From positions 52,514,001-52,578,000 of the forward strand of contig OZ336881.1 in assembly GCA_965287045.1 (NCBI GenBank): a stretch of 64,000 nt of DNA, read 5' to 3'. Below the pieces are notes generated by a model. That model saw only the letters and a list, made by a program, of their open reading frames with translations. It did no database searches and was not told the DNA's origin. How positions within the stretch are numbered: the first letter of the stretch is position 1; each line of letters begins with the position of its first letter. This DNA comes from Carcharhinus amblyrhynchos. Lineage: Eukaryota. Both the position numbers and the translations under genes were made by a program. Below, piece by piece: positions 37,999-49,147 of the stretch.

Positions 37999-38399
37999 CT
38001 AAAACAAAATAACAATGTTAAGGTTAGGCAAATAGTCCAAAAACTAAGCATGGCGATCATATTGCATGATTAACTTGTGTCTATTACTTCCAATACTTCA
38101 TGCCGCTTGCTGAGTTAAATTATTGCAGCGTGTAGGCAGTGTCAAATGCACTATTGAGAGGCTGCATGCTTCAGCAGGAGGGTGAGAGTCTGGCACAAGT
38201 TAAAGTTAGTCTGCATCACTTAAAGCCAATCTGCATCTTTTGAAGAAGTGTATTTTAGCAGAAGCATATTCTGGAAGTCATCCCATAACTGATTTTGGCC
38301 TGGGAAAGATGCAAGAATGACAGAGAGCAAATTCCACAATTCTTCATTTTCTGATCTTACATTGGAGCCCTTGAGTGTAGGCAGGAAGGGGTAGAGGTG

Positions 38400-38960
38400 T
38401 CATTTGTTCACAGCATGGAAATAGATAGGCTCGAAGAATGGGGAGGTAAGTGACAAATGGAGTTTAATGTAGAGAAGTGTGAGGTGATAATAGGTTTTTC
38501 CAAAAGGGATAGGAAAAGACAATATAGATTTAATGGCATAATTCCAAAGAGTCTGCAGCAACAGAGGGACCTTGGGTTGCTTGTGTATCAATCATTGAAA
38601 GTGGCAGGATATATTGAGAGTGTGGTTAGCAAAATATATTGGACCTTGGTCTTCATAAGTAGAGACACCGAATACTAAAGCAGGGATGGTATGTTGAACC
38701 TTTTATAAAGCTCTGGTTAGGCCCAAGCTAGAATACTGCATTCAGTTGTGGTCATCACCCTTTAGAAAGGGTGTGATGGTTCTTGAGAGGGTACTGATGA
38801 ATGCCTCCAGGAATGGGAGACTTTAATTATAAAAAGAGGTTGGTAAGTCTGGGTTATTCTCCTTGGAACAAAGGGCATTGAGAAGAGATTTGATAGTGGT
38901 ATATAAGGATATAACAGGATTAAATAATGTAGACAAATAAATTCCTATTAGTTGATTGAA
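38400..38960 (+). mobile_element. Old CR1 LINE ORF2 3' fragment
   Basis: MEFNVEKCEVI...QQRDLGLLVYQSLKV...ALVRPKLEYCIQLW...LRRDLI motifs. Confidence 0.85.
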
Positions 38961-39292
38961 GGGGTGGCAGAGATTCAACATTGGGAAGTGGAGAACAACC
39001 CTGCCTTTGCTGACCCCTCCTACATCCCCTCTCAATGACCTCACTCTGCAGGCCCCTCACTCCCACATTACTTACCTGTAACTTGGCTGGCCCTGCAATC
39101 CTCAAATCTAATTGACGTTTTTCCTACAGTAGCAACTACCTGCCCTGTGGTGCTGCTGAGCACAAGAGCTGCCGGCCTCTAATCGGCCAGCAACTCTTGG
39201 TAGACAAGACTTCTGCCCTTGGACTCTTGAATCGAGGGAAAGGCCCACCGATGGCCTTGCCACTGCTTGGTTGACCTGATTAGTCTACCTGA

Positions 39293-39592
39293 TGTTAGAA
39301 TGCAACTGGTGATAACATTGCACCTGTTATAATGTGACCAATAGTTACAAGCTGTCAGGGTCAGCTGACCTAGTAACCAATAACAGAATGATGTGATGAT
39401 CAGCTGACCAGCTGACTCAGTATAAATTAGAACATGTTGGGAATTGTGGGGGAGCTTGGAATGCCCCAGGGTGAGCTCTCAAGTTTGGAGTACTGATATT
39501 TCTTCATTAAACCATTTCTTTGATTTGTAAGTTGGAGTAAATTTTATTTCATTCTTATTGTCTACACTGGAAGAGTTCCTTCTGGATTAACA
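39293..39592 (+). mobile_element. Solo LTR, 300 bp
   Basis: Termini TGTTA...TAACA, perfect 5-bp TSD CCTGA (39288-39292 and 39593-39597), TATAAA at 39421, ATTAAA near 39506; inserted in a MITE. Confidence 0.85.
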
Positions 39593-40291
39593 CCTGAAAA
39601 GAGACAAAGCGGGTCACTTGCTGCTCTCCAGCTGACAGTCAAGACTCCTAGTGCCTCACCATGATTCCACCTAATATATGAATTTGTGTATCTTCACCAC
39701 TTGGCGATGTGGGTGCAAAATCATCTTCCATACCCTTGGTAGGAGAAATGAGACAACCGTTTCCAGAACTCACCACTAAATTCAGAATGAATGCCAGTAA
39801 AGCTCGGAAAATGGCGGGTACTGGTCCAAGCTATGCTAGTATACCTTAAAATGAAACTCTAAGGTGGATAAGGGCTAGTCATTTGCCAGTTTTAGTAGTC
39901 CTTCCTTGCCATCTATACCTCGCCATTGATTTAGCGAGAAGAATGGAATTCAAGTAATTACATTATCAATCTCATCTGTTATAGCCCAGAGACCGAATAG
40001 CCTTTTGTACATTCATTATCAAACTTACAAATGAAAGATTTTGTACGGAGTTAAGAATTTAATTTTCAGACAGATCAACATCTTGGAAAAGCGTCACTGA
40101 AAAAAAATCTCCCTCTGACGAGTTATTTCATCTTAGGTGGAACTTTTGGATGCAAACAAAATTTTAATATTACAAAATTCATGGGGAAGACAGTTTCATT
40201 AAAGATGATCAATCTTAACATCAATCATTTCTTGCTTTATTTTCTTAATAGGATAATGAAGACCCAACAACTGCAACTGGTACTAGTTTCC

Positions 40292-40630
40292 CATAGAATC
40301 CCTACAGTGCAGAAGGAGGCCATTTGGCCCATCAAGTCTGCGCTGACCACAATCCCACCCAGGCCCTACCCCTATGTCCCTACATGTTTACTCACTAATC
40401 CCTCTAACCTATGCATCTCAGGGCTCTAAGTGGCAATTTTTACCATAGCCAATCAACATTACCCACACATCTTTTGACTGTGGGAGGAAACCGGAGCACC
40501 TGGAGCAAACCCACGCAGACACGAGGAGAATGTGCAAACTCCACACAGACAGTGACCTGAGCCAGAATCAAGCCCAGATCCCCAGAGCTGTGAAGCAGCA
40601 ATGCTAACCACTGTGCTACCATGCCGTCCC
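40292..40630 (-). mobile_element. HE1-type V-SINE
   Basis: Well preserved head, V-domain and tail. Confidence 0.9.
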
Positions 40631-42877
40631 GTGTTAACTCAAGAACTTAGAAAAGAGGCAGTCAGTTAAAAAACAAATGAATTCATTAATGATTTTCACA
40701 AATTCATTGGCTTATAACTTTTGAACTCAGGACATCATAACTGGGGTACACCCCAAAAATGGGTTGAGGAATTTCAAACTTCTGCTGGGCAAGAGTCCTG
40801 CAATGGGAACCATCCTGGAATATGATATAAATTGTGCACTTCATATGGCTCTGCTTTCTAGTATTAGCTATCCAATGAAGTTTGAAGAATCAAAACCACT
40901 TCTAAATTCTGGGTTACTCCCACTGAGCCTTCCCAAACCCACCACAAGATCCCCTCACTACCCCATTGACCTTTCCAAGACACTGCCCCACTCCCAATCC
41001 CCCAATTGATCCCGATTGCCCTACTGAAACCTAAAGGACTGCCCCCACACCACCAGGCCCAAAACTATATTCCCTGACAACCTTTTCCTGACTGCTTTCT
41101 TCACCTCTCTACCCCACCTACCTCTACACTGACCATCTCCCCTCCCCTAACCACTTCTACCTGTCACCCGCACAACCCCACCCACATCTACACCCATCCA
41201 ATTACCTTATAAACCCCACTGGTCCCTGGCTTCTTAAAGTGTCTGGACCTTTAAATTTACCTGCTTTTTGGCGGCTAATGCAGTAACAAAGGGCATGGTT
41301 TCCTTCCTTCCCACTTTCCTGCCCTCAACACAAGACCTCAGGAACCCACTAAACTACACTGTCCTTGCTCAGCCTGAGTCAGAAAGATGGGTGAGAATGG
41401 GGCAGCTTCACTTCCAGTTAAGTAGAAGCAGAATGGCAGTCTGACTCTGATTGCCATTCCATTGAAGATACAGGGCCAATTATCTTCTGATAGGTGTCAA
41501 TTTGGAGGCCTTGACAAGGTTCTGCACTGGTCAGCCCTGCTGCATGACAACAAAGGAGATAAAATGTAGCCTTAAAAGATCTTGATTTAGTGATCTGATA
41601 TTCCCTACACCAGCAACTTTGCTCAATTTTACGAAAAGTGAAAATAATATTAATGGTAGGTTATCTTCAAGCTTGGACACAATTATTCTTGGGTTTGAAC
41701 TGTCCTTTAAAAAATTATTTCATCTGACCAATCTAAAATATTTTAACAAATTCAGTAATTTGAATTTTCTGTTTTCAGAACACAAAATTATACATCACAG
41801 ATTTAAGTGCAAAACACAATGAATGGCATGCCTTAATGTTACTTTTGACAAAAGAGAAACAGCACTGCTATTTCATATATTGCATCCATTGCACAGTTCA
41901 GTAACTTTATAGTAAAGATATATTAAAGCAAAATAACTGCATCTTCAAACCTGGTTATTACAATATGAACACACAATATCAGTCTCAGTTCCACAACATC
42001 TGCATGGGGTTGAACTGCATCAATCTTGAATATAAACATCAAGAGGTGTCAGCACATTTTTCAGCTTGGAAGTTTCTCCATGATGAATACTCTACATGCT
42101 CTAGGTCAAAATTTAGTTACCCAAGGCAAGACCAAATGTCAATACCAGACTCTGCATATCACACTATCCCAGCACTTCATGAAAAAAAATCAATAGGCTC
42201 TGCTGTAGGTGAACTGTTAGCATGCAGTTTGTATTACTTCATGGTCCTATTAACGTCAATCTTTGGGATAAGCTTTCAAACAAGTGGCGCAGTTCAAGCA
42301 AATGTTTTTGAGATATGAAAATTTGAATATTAAAATAAATACATAAATTAGGAATGCAATGGAAAATATAATTACTTCCTGGATTTGACCTCATCTGCAG
42401 CGGCTTTGAAAATAAATCACATTATCCTATAAATTATGAGGCTTAAACTTTAATTCTTGTTGACAGCAATATTACTAAAGGTTGTAATTGCAGTGTGCAT
42501 GTAATTGTGTCTTGTTGGTCTACATGCAGTGCTGCATTCAAAGAAAGCATTGCTGTACGGATTGGAAGATCAAGGGGTAAATTCTAATTTTTATTGCGTG
42601 GACAAATTAACTAGCCGAATAGATCAACTGTCCATTGTTGAATCCAACCGATTTATGTTCCATTGATTTCAATGGAATGAGAATCAGGCATGTTCTACAA
42701 AGGGCGCTTAGTTGAATCCACCACCACTGCCCAGATAATCAAAATGAACACGCACCTCAAAATTTTTATTATGAATAAATAAAGCCTCCAGTTTGTTCAC
42801 TACAAAATAGAATAAGCTTGGGCATCTAAGCACTTGGATCAATGTGATATTTAGGAAAACACATAAAGACACTGCTG

Positions 42878-42990
42878 GGTTTGAGTTAGTAAAAAGTCTG
42901 ACAACACCAGGTTTTAGTCCAACCTATTTATTTGATAATATACTCGCAAGCTTTCGGGTTAGCCCCTTTGTCAGGTGAATGGAGAGTTCT
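42878..42990 (-). mobile_element. Penelope-derived terminal repeat with degenerate hammerhead motif
   Basis: Minus strand tcac-CTGACAA-a-gggg-ctaa-ccc-GAA-agct-t-gcga (42944-42978). Confidence 0.7.
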
Positions 42991-43492
42991 GCAGAATAAT
43001 ATCTTGAGAAGCCCACTGGACAGGATAGATATTCCTAAATCAAAGATTCATGTTAATATGAATGGCACATTCAGCAAGCAACTGAATGGAACTCTGATAA
43101 ATCATCAGACATGTGTATTTGCTGATTCTTATCCACTGTGAGTCTGAGCTCTAACCATATGCTGAACATTCGACTATAAAGCCATTTAATTAGCTATATC
43201 TAAATGTTATTTTTTAACCATGCAATTGTTTTCTTTAATACCTATTCCAATTTTTGGTTTCCATTTTTGCAATTTTATTGCAGTTTCTAACATATTTTGG
43301 ACCTTTCCATTTTTTGTCACTGTTTAAATTTAAAATGTTTTTTGTCTCTGAATAAAGAATCAAAAGATATTGGTAATTCCGGGGGGGTAGATAGTCAAAG
43401 TGATGTTTGGAGGGCTAAAGAGAGATGTGGCTTTGTATGGTGCAGCTCTATGAAAGACCGGAGTGAAGATAGGTGATAGAATGGTTAGTTAT

Positions 43493-43697
43493 GATGTGGA
43501 GATGCCAGCATTGGACTGGGGTAGGCACAATAAGAAGTCTTACAACATCAGGTTAAAGTCCAACAGGTTTATTTGGTATCATGAGCTTTCAGAGTGCTGC
43601 TCCTTCATCAGGTGACTCACCCTGATGAAGGAGCAGTGCTCCGAAAGCTCGTGATACTAAATAAACCTATTTGACTTTAACCTGGTGTTGTAGAGTT
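43493..43697. mobile_element. Palindromic Penelope-derived element with two head-to-head hammerhead motifs
   Basis: Arms 43542-43615 and 43617-43691 are near-perfect inverted repeats; 9-bp TSD GTTAGTTAT at 43484-43492 and 43698-43706. Confidence 0.85.
43617..43654 (+). ncRNA. Putative minimal type I hammerhead ribozyme
   Basis: tcac(c)-CTGATGA-a-ggagc-agt-gctcc-GAA-agct-c-gtga: stem I tcac/gtga with one extra C, intact core, 5-bp stem II, palindromic AGCT stem III, UC cleavage site. Confidence 0.7.
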
Positions 43698-44196
43698 GTT
43701 AGTTATCAGCAGCAACTGTTGTGATTATTTTTATCTCAAAATAATGTTAATATAAAAATGAGAGGGGTGAGTTTTTAATCAGCAAAGGAAACACTGAGTA
43801 TTGAAGTGGAAGTGCTATTGATTAGTGTTATGAGAAATGCAATAATTTACTGGAAGACTATAAGACGTGGGATCAGAAGCAGGCTGTTCGGCCCATCGAG
43901 TCTGCTCCACCAGTTAAGGAGATCATGACGGATCTGAAATGATAACCTCAACCCCATAACCCTTGTTTCCTTTACTGATTAAAGATTTCTGATGCAAATT
44001 GCCCGAAGTATATTGAATTGGAACATGAAATGATTACATTTTTGTAATCAGTAATAATGCCTTCTTTTCTGGGTATTTATTTCACCAAAATAATTTCAGA
44101 ATTCACACTCACTATTGCTTTAATCAATGTTGAATTTTTAAATTATAAATAGTTGGCTAATGATGTGAAGGTGTACATTTTCTGTGATGAACGCCA

Positions 44197-44932
44197 GGGG
44201 TAGTATTTTAAGGCTGATGAGCGATCGGCACTCACCAGCCTGAGTCAGAGCTTGACGTACAGTGGCTGACACGCAAAATCCCACTGCTATTTAACACTCA
44301 CTTGAACGTTCATTGGCAGTGGTGGGGGGGATGGAAGGAAGCCCCATCTGTGAGAGCTGTCAGTTAATCAGATTAGCCAACAGTTCTTCAACCTGGCCAG
44401 GCACTGCACTGCAGTGTCCAGAAGCAACGCTTTGCCTGGGACTAAGTCCTAGGACTTTTGAAAAGGTGTCCCAGGCATCCCAGGGTGAGAGAACATCCGG
44501 AGTTGAGGGGAGGTGGGGAGGTGGGGAGTCAGGAGGGGTGATCGCAGGATAAGCCAGGGGTGAAGGGGTCCCCAAATTCCAGTGCCCGGGGTGGAGGACA
44601 CCCCAACTCTGAGGGGGCCTTCAGAGTGAGATGCCCCACACTCTGGCTGACTGAGATGGGGAATGTTCAAGGGTCACTTTATCATCCTCCACCCCCCACT
44701 CCCACCATCTTAAAAATTAAGGTTGGGTGGGATTAGGCCCTTAAGCAGCTATTATGTTGAAGTAACCATTAGGTGGCCAGATAAGGGCCTTAATAGGTGA
44801 ATGAGCAGGTTTCCCACCCAAGGCACTGCCCAGCCAAGCATGAAATTGCATTTGGATTTTGGATGGGAGCTTACTGTGGGGGGATTCCTGTGCCCTCAAC
44901 ACCTGCCTTGTAGGGATCATAAAATTCTGCTC
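44197..44932. mobile_element. GC-rich Harbinger-type MITE
   Basis: ggggtagtatttta start and taaaattctgctct end form an imperfect inverted pair; noncoding. Confidence 0.5.
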
Positions 44933-45063
44933 TAGATCTTTTAAATATATTAAGTTAAAGCAAAATGAACTGTTATAAAAACCTCTAATTAGGACAACAG
45001 CCCTGGAAATGATTGTTGGTACTATTAGTGGACAATGTTTTCTTTGCCTGGTATTTTAATACT

Positions 45064-45415
45064 GTGGGTGAGATTTTTCCACTTCCCAGCCACATGTTTC
45101 CTGACGGAGGAAGGCAGTGTGCTGTTCGCTAGTGGTGGAATTCTCTGGACTTGCTGCTGTCAATGAGATTTCCCATTGATGTCACCTCATGCTGTCATGA
45201 AACCCACTTTCAGGGATGCGCTTCTGGTGGGATGGATAATTCTGGCTCAGTAAACCAACAGACCAAAGGAATATCATACAAGCAATAGTCTCTGGAATTC
45301 TACTGCCTCGCTCGCCATGGAATCAGAGCAGACGAGGGGTGGACAATGGAAATGTCCGTTGACCTCGGGTGGGAATTTCTGGTATCAATCGAGCGAGGCA
45401 GCAAAATCTCGCCCA
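45064..45415. mobile_element. Two adjacent short MITEs
   Basis: First resembles 20908-21120; second has arms gaattctactgcctcgctcg / cgagcgaggcagcaaaatc. Confidence 0.55.
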
Positions 45416-45679
45416 GTAAGTGTAGCTAATAGTAATTTCAAGGGAATAGTGACTAAATATAGTTCAGTACAGAAGTAAAGTGTATCTGATTTGTTCTTCA
45501 GCACTGAATGGAAATGATTTCAGTTTGGAAATTGAACTTGAATTGAAATTCAAGAGGCAAAATACTGCTGATGCTGAAACTCTGACAGTTAAACAGAAAA
45601 TGCTGAAAATACTGAGAACGTCAATCAGTATCTGTAATGAAGAAATCAGAACCTGACAATGATCTGTTCCAGTGATTCA

Positions 45680-47340
45680 AAGCACCAAACAAAATTTTCC
45701 ACATACTGTGGTGCTGAGCACAGGAATAACAAGGAAATCTATTAAAAGCAATGTGCAATGCATGAAGAGGAACTCTCTTCCAACAAATAGATAAATGTCT
45801 CTGCATGACAATTGATGAGGTGAGGTAAGAGTGACTGCTGTTGACACCAAGACAGCATTTGACTGAGTGTGAGTCAAGGGAACCCCCGCAATATTGAAGT
45901 AAATGGGATTCAGGGCAATCTCTGCACCGGCTTTCGTCAGACAAAGCACAAAGGAAAGTAGTTTTGTTGTTACAGACCGACCATCTCGGCCCCAAGATAT
46001 CTTTGCAGGGGTTTCTTAAAGTAGTGTCCTAGGCTCAAACATCTTGAATGTCTTTTCTTCGTTTATGGAATGTGGCATTAAAAATCCAACTTATGTTGTC
46101 CACCCCTAATTGCCCTTGAACTGAATGGTTTACTGGGCCTTTTCAGAGACCAGTGAAGAGTCAATCATATTACTGTGGGTCCAGATCCACGTGTAGGCCA
46201 GGGAGGGTCAGAATCTAGATTTTCTTCTCTAAAGTACATTAGTGAACCAGATGAGTTTTTACAGCAATGATGGTTGTTACAGTTACTGAGATTAATTTTG
46301 TAGATTTATTTGTTGAATTTAATTTCCATCAGATGATGTGGCGATTTGAATCTGTGTCTTCTGGGTGAGTAGTGACATTACCACACTGCCACCATTGCCC
46401 CCTCTGCTTTGTGAATGAACTTCACTCCAATATAAAATCAGAGTGGGGAATTTCACTAACGTTTGTACAGTACTCAGTACCAATTGCAATTCCTCAGATA
46501 CTGAAGAAATCCGTGCACACATGCAGCAAAACCGGGAAAATATTTAGGTTTGGGCTGATGAATAGTAAGTAACATTCATGTCACACAAGTGCCAGGCAAT
46601 GATCATTTGTAACAATAGATATCTAACCACCTCCCCATGACATTCAATGACATTACCAGCAGAGAACACCCCCCCGCACCATTAATATCCTGGGGTTTGC
46701 TATTGACCAGAAATTTAGCTGGACCAGTCATACAATACTGTGGCTACAAGAGTAAGTCAGAATCTTGAAATTTTTTGGCAAGTGATTCACCTCTTCACTC
46801 ACCAAACATTGTCCACGATCCACAAGGCACAAGTCAGGAGTGTGATAGAATACCCTCCACGTGCCTGGATGCATGCAGTTCCAATAACTCTCAAGAAGCT
46901 CAGCATTATCCAAGAGAAAATAGCCCACTTGAAAGATACTTTAACCACTACCCTAAGCATCCACTTGTACAAGGGCAGCAGTGTCTACCATCTAGCAGAG
47001 GCAGAGAAGTAACCTGCTAAGGCTTCTTCAACAGCACTCTAAACCCACAACATCTGCCACCTAGAAAAACAAGGTCAGAAGATGCATGGGAATGCTACCA
47101 CCTGAAAGATCCCCTCCAAGTTCACACATCATTCTGATATGGAACTATATAGCTGTTACTTCACTGTTGCTGGGTCAACAAAACCTGGAACTCGCTTCCC
47201 AAGAGCCCTGTGGGTGTACCTATCCCACACAGACTGCAACGGTTCAAGAAGATAGATCACCGTTACCTTTTCAAGGGCAATTAGGGATGGACAATAAATG
47301 CTGGCCTTGCCAGTGACGTTCACGTTCCACAAAGGAATAA
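45680..47340 (+). mobile_element. CR1-group LINE ORF2 3' portion (same tail family as 26070-26580), interrupted by an inverted SINE at about 46050-46400
   Basis: VDTKTAFD*V, GVS*SSVLGS, INILGFAIDQKFSW, STIHKAQVRSVIEYPPRAWM motifs and tail gggcaattagggatggacaataaatgctggcc. Confidence 0.8.
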
Positions 47341-48458
47341 AAAAAATTATATATTGATTCCATCTTTGTAGTTGTTTCATGGCATGAGTAGTTTGATTAA
47401 AGAAGATAAGGAGCAAGAATTGACTATAAATTATAACAGACTGGATCAAAAGTAATTGATTTAAAAAAAGCTGCTTACTCTTCACACGAGTGTATTCAAT
47501 AATAACATAAACTATAATACTTGTCTTATTTCTCACCAATGTTATTTATTGAAAAAATGTAACACCTGATCACTGATCTAATTGATTTAAAAATGATTTT
47601 GGTGCATTTAAAGTCAAGTTGATTCCGGAGTGTTATTTTTATTCTGGGTTTAATTTCTTGTTAAAGTCACTCCATGGTTCCACTTAGGTATTCAAGGAAC
47701 AGTAGCCAAATTAGATTAAAAATGGTAATTACTCTATCACAGCACTGCAAAGTAAATCTATTATATGTTTCTATAGAAGAATCTGTTCCTTGGCACTAAA
47801 ACTTCGAAGTCATTTGCAGTTTTGAATGAAATTTATATGGCTGGGGTTGTGGTCGGCACTGTCTTCGGGGATATGCAGCATATTCAAGGCTATGTTTAGA
47901 CATCATGGCAAAATCGAAACCTATCCCAGTAAGCAGCAGAAGCAGTACAAATAATGAACTTGAAGGTTAAATAAAATGGCTTAAATAATGCGGTAAACTT
48001 GAATGTACTAAGAAGGCTTAGCAAAAAAAAAATACTTTGTCAGTTTAAGAAGCTCATGGAAATCAAGCATTTGATTTCCAATTTCATACTTTGCCATACA
48101 ATCAATTCTTTTTAGTCAGACTGTCTCTAGATTTACTTCTCTGCTGTAGTAAAATGAAGAAGCTTTCATTAATCTTTCAGATGCCTCATATTAACGACGA
48201 GGCTCTTGCATGAACAATGTAACAGCAATTAAAAAGCCCATTAATCTGCATTACAGCTATTAAAGATGCATGTCATTAAACGGTATCGAGTTTGATTCAT
48301 TTTCTCACCAAAAATGGAACAATTATGGTCTGGCAATGTACTTTGTCATCAAATTAGGTTGGAGTTTTCCAGCAAATGGCTTTGCAATTCTTTAGTTATT
48401 CACCTATTTTATTATTCATCACTGAAATGTGGAAGCTAAAACCTTCAAAATGTTCTAC

Positions 48459-48572
48459 CTTCTTCTGGTGTTGCAAGTTTCCATGTGCCTGCGCTTTCTG
48501 CACAGCCAGCCATAGTGCAGACAGTCAGTGTAATGCTATAATTTGTAAAAGGAATCAGGCCAGTCAAGTTTC
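48459..48572 (-). CDS. USH2A: Usherin exon (human exon 31 equivalent), 114 bp
   Basis: ctttatag|GAAACTTG...GAAGAAG|gtagaa; encodes (G)NLTGLIPFTNYSITLTVCTMAGCAESAGTWKLATPEE with the usherin CTxxGC motif. Confidence 0.95.
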
Positions 48573-48961
48573 CTATAAAGGGAACAAACAAGAATTGGCA
48601 AGTGTAAATTACCTTATTATGCAGAAATAACAGTTTAAAACAACCAAATTAAAATATTAAGTACGCAGCCTGCATAAATGCGTTAGCAACACACTTCTAT
48701 ATTTTGTGCAGCCTCATCAGAGAGTGTTTGGCCAGCATCTACTATAATCTGTTCCTCTTCATTATGTTAATCTGTGGGCGGAATGATTCTTGTCATCTTC
48801 ATGTAGCCCCATACAGCAACAGTAAACACCTTATCCTGTCCTTAATTGGACAGGTGTCTGTATCTGTGTCACCCAGCCTTTAATTCAATTAAGGCACAGT
48901 CTGCATTACACTCATTACACAATCATTTTCCTGGTTATTTTCATCAGTCTGCAGAGTTTAC

Positions 48962-49147
48962 CTGCCAGGGAACGGGTGTCAGTAAAGTTGGCCCTGATGA
49001 GGGGCGTGCTGGGACTGTCCTCATTGTATGCTTTGAAAATGTACTTCTCAATTACACCTCTGACCTCAGCAGGCTCGTCCCAGCTCACCTCAACTCTGTA
49101 ACCATTTATACTGCGAATCCTTGAGGGAGTCGGCACATTTTGTGGAA
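48962..49147 (-). CDS. USH2A: Usherin exon (human exon 30 equivalent), 186 bp, FN3 repeat
   Basis: Polypyrimidine ttttttttccttccag|TTCCACAA...CTGGCAG|gtaaac; encodes (V)PQNVPTPSRIRSINGYRVEVSWDEPAEVRGVIEKYIFKAYNEDSPSTPLIRANFTDTRSLA. Confidence 0.96.
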
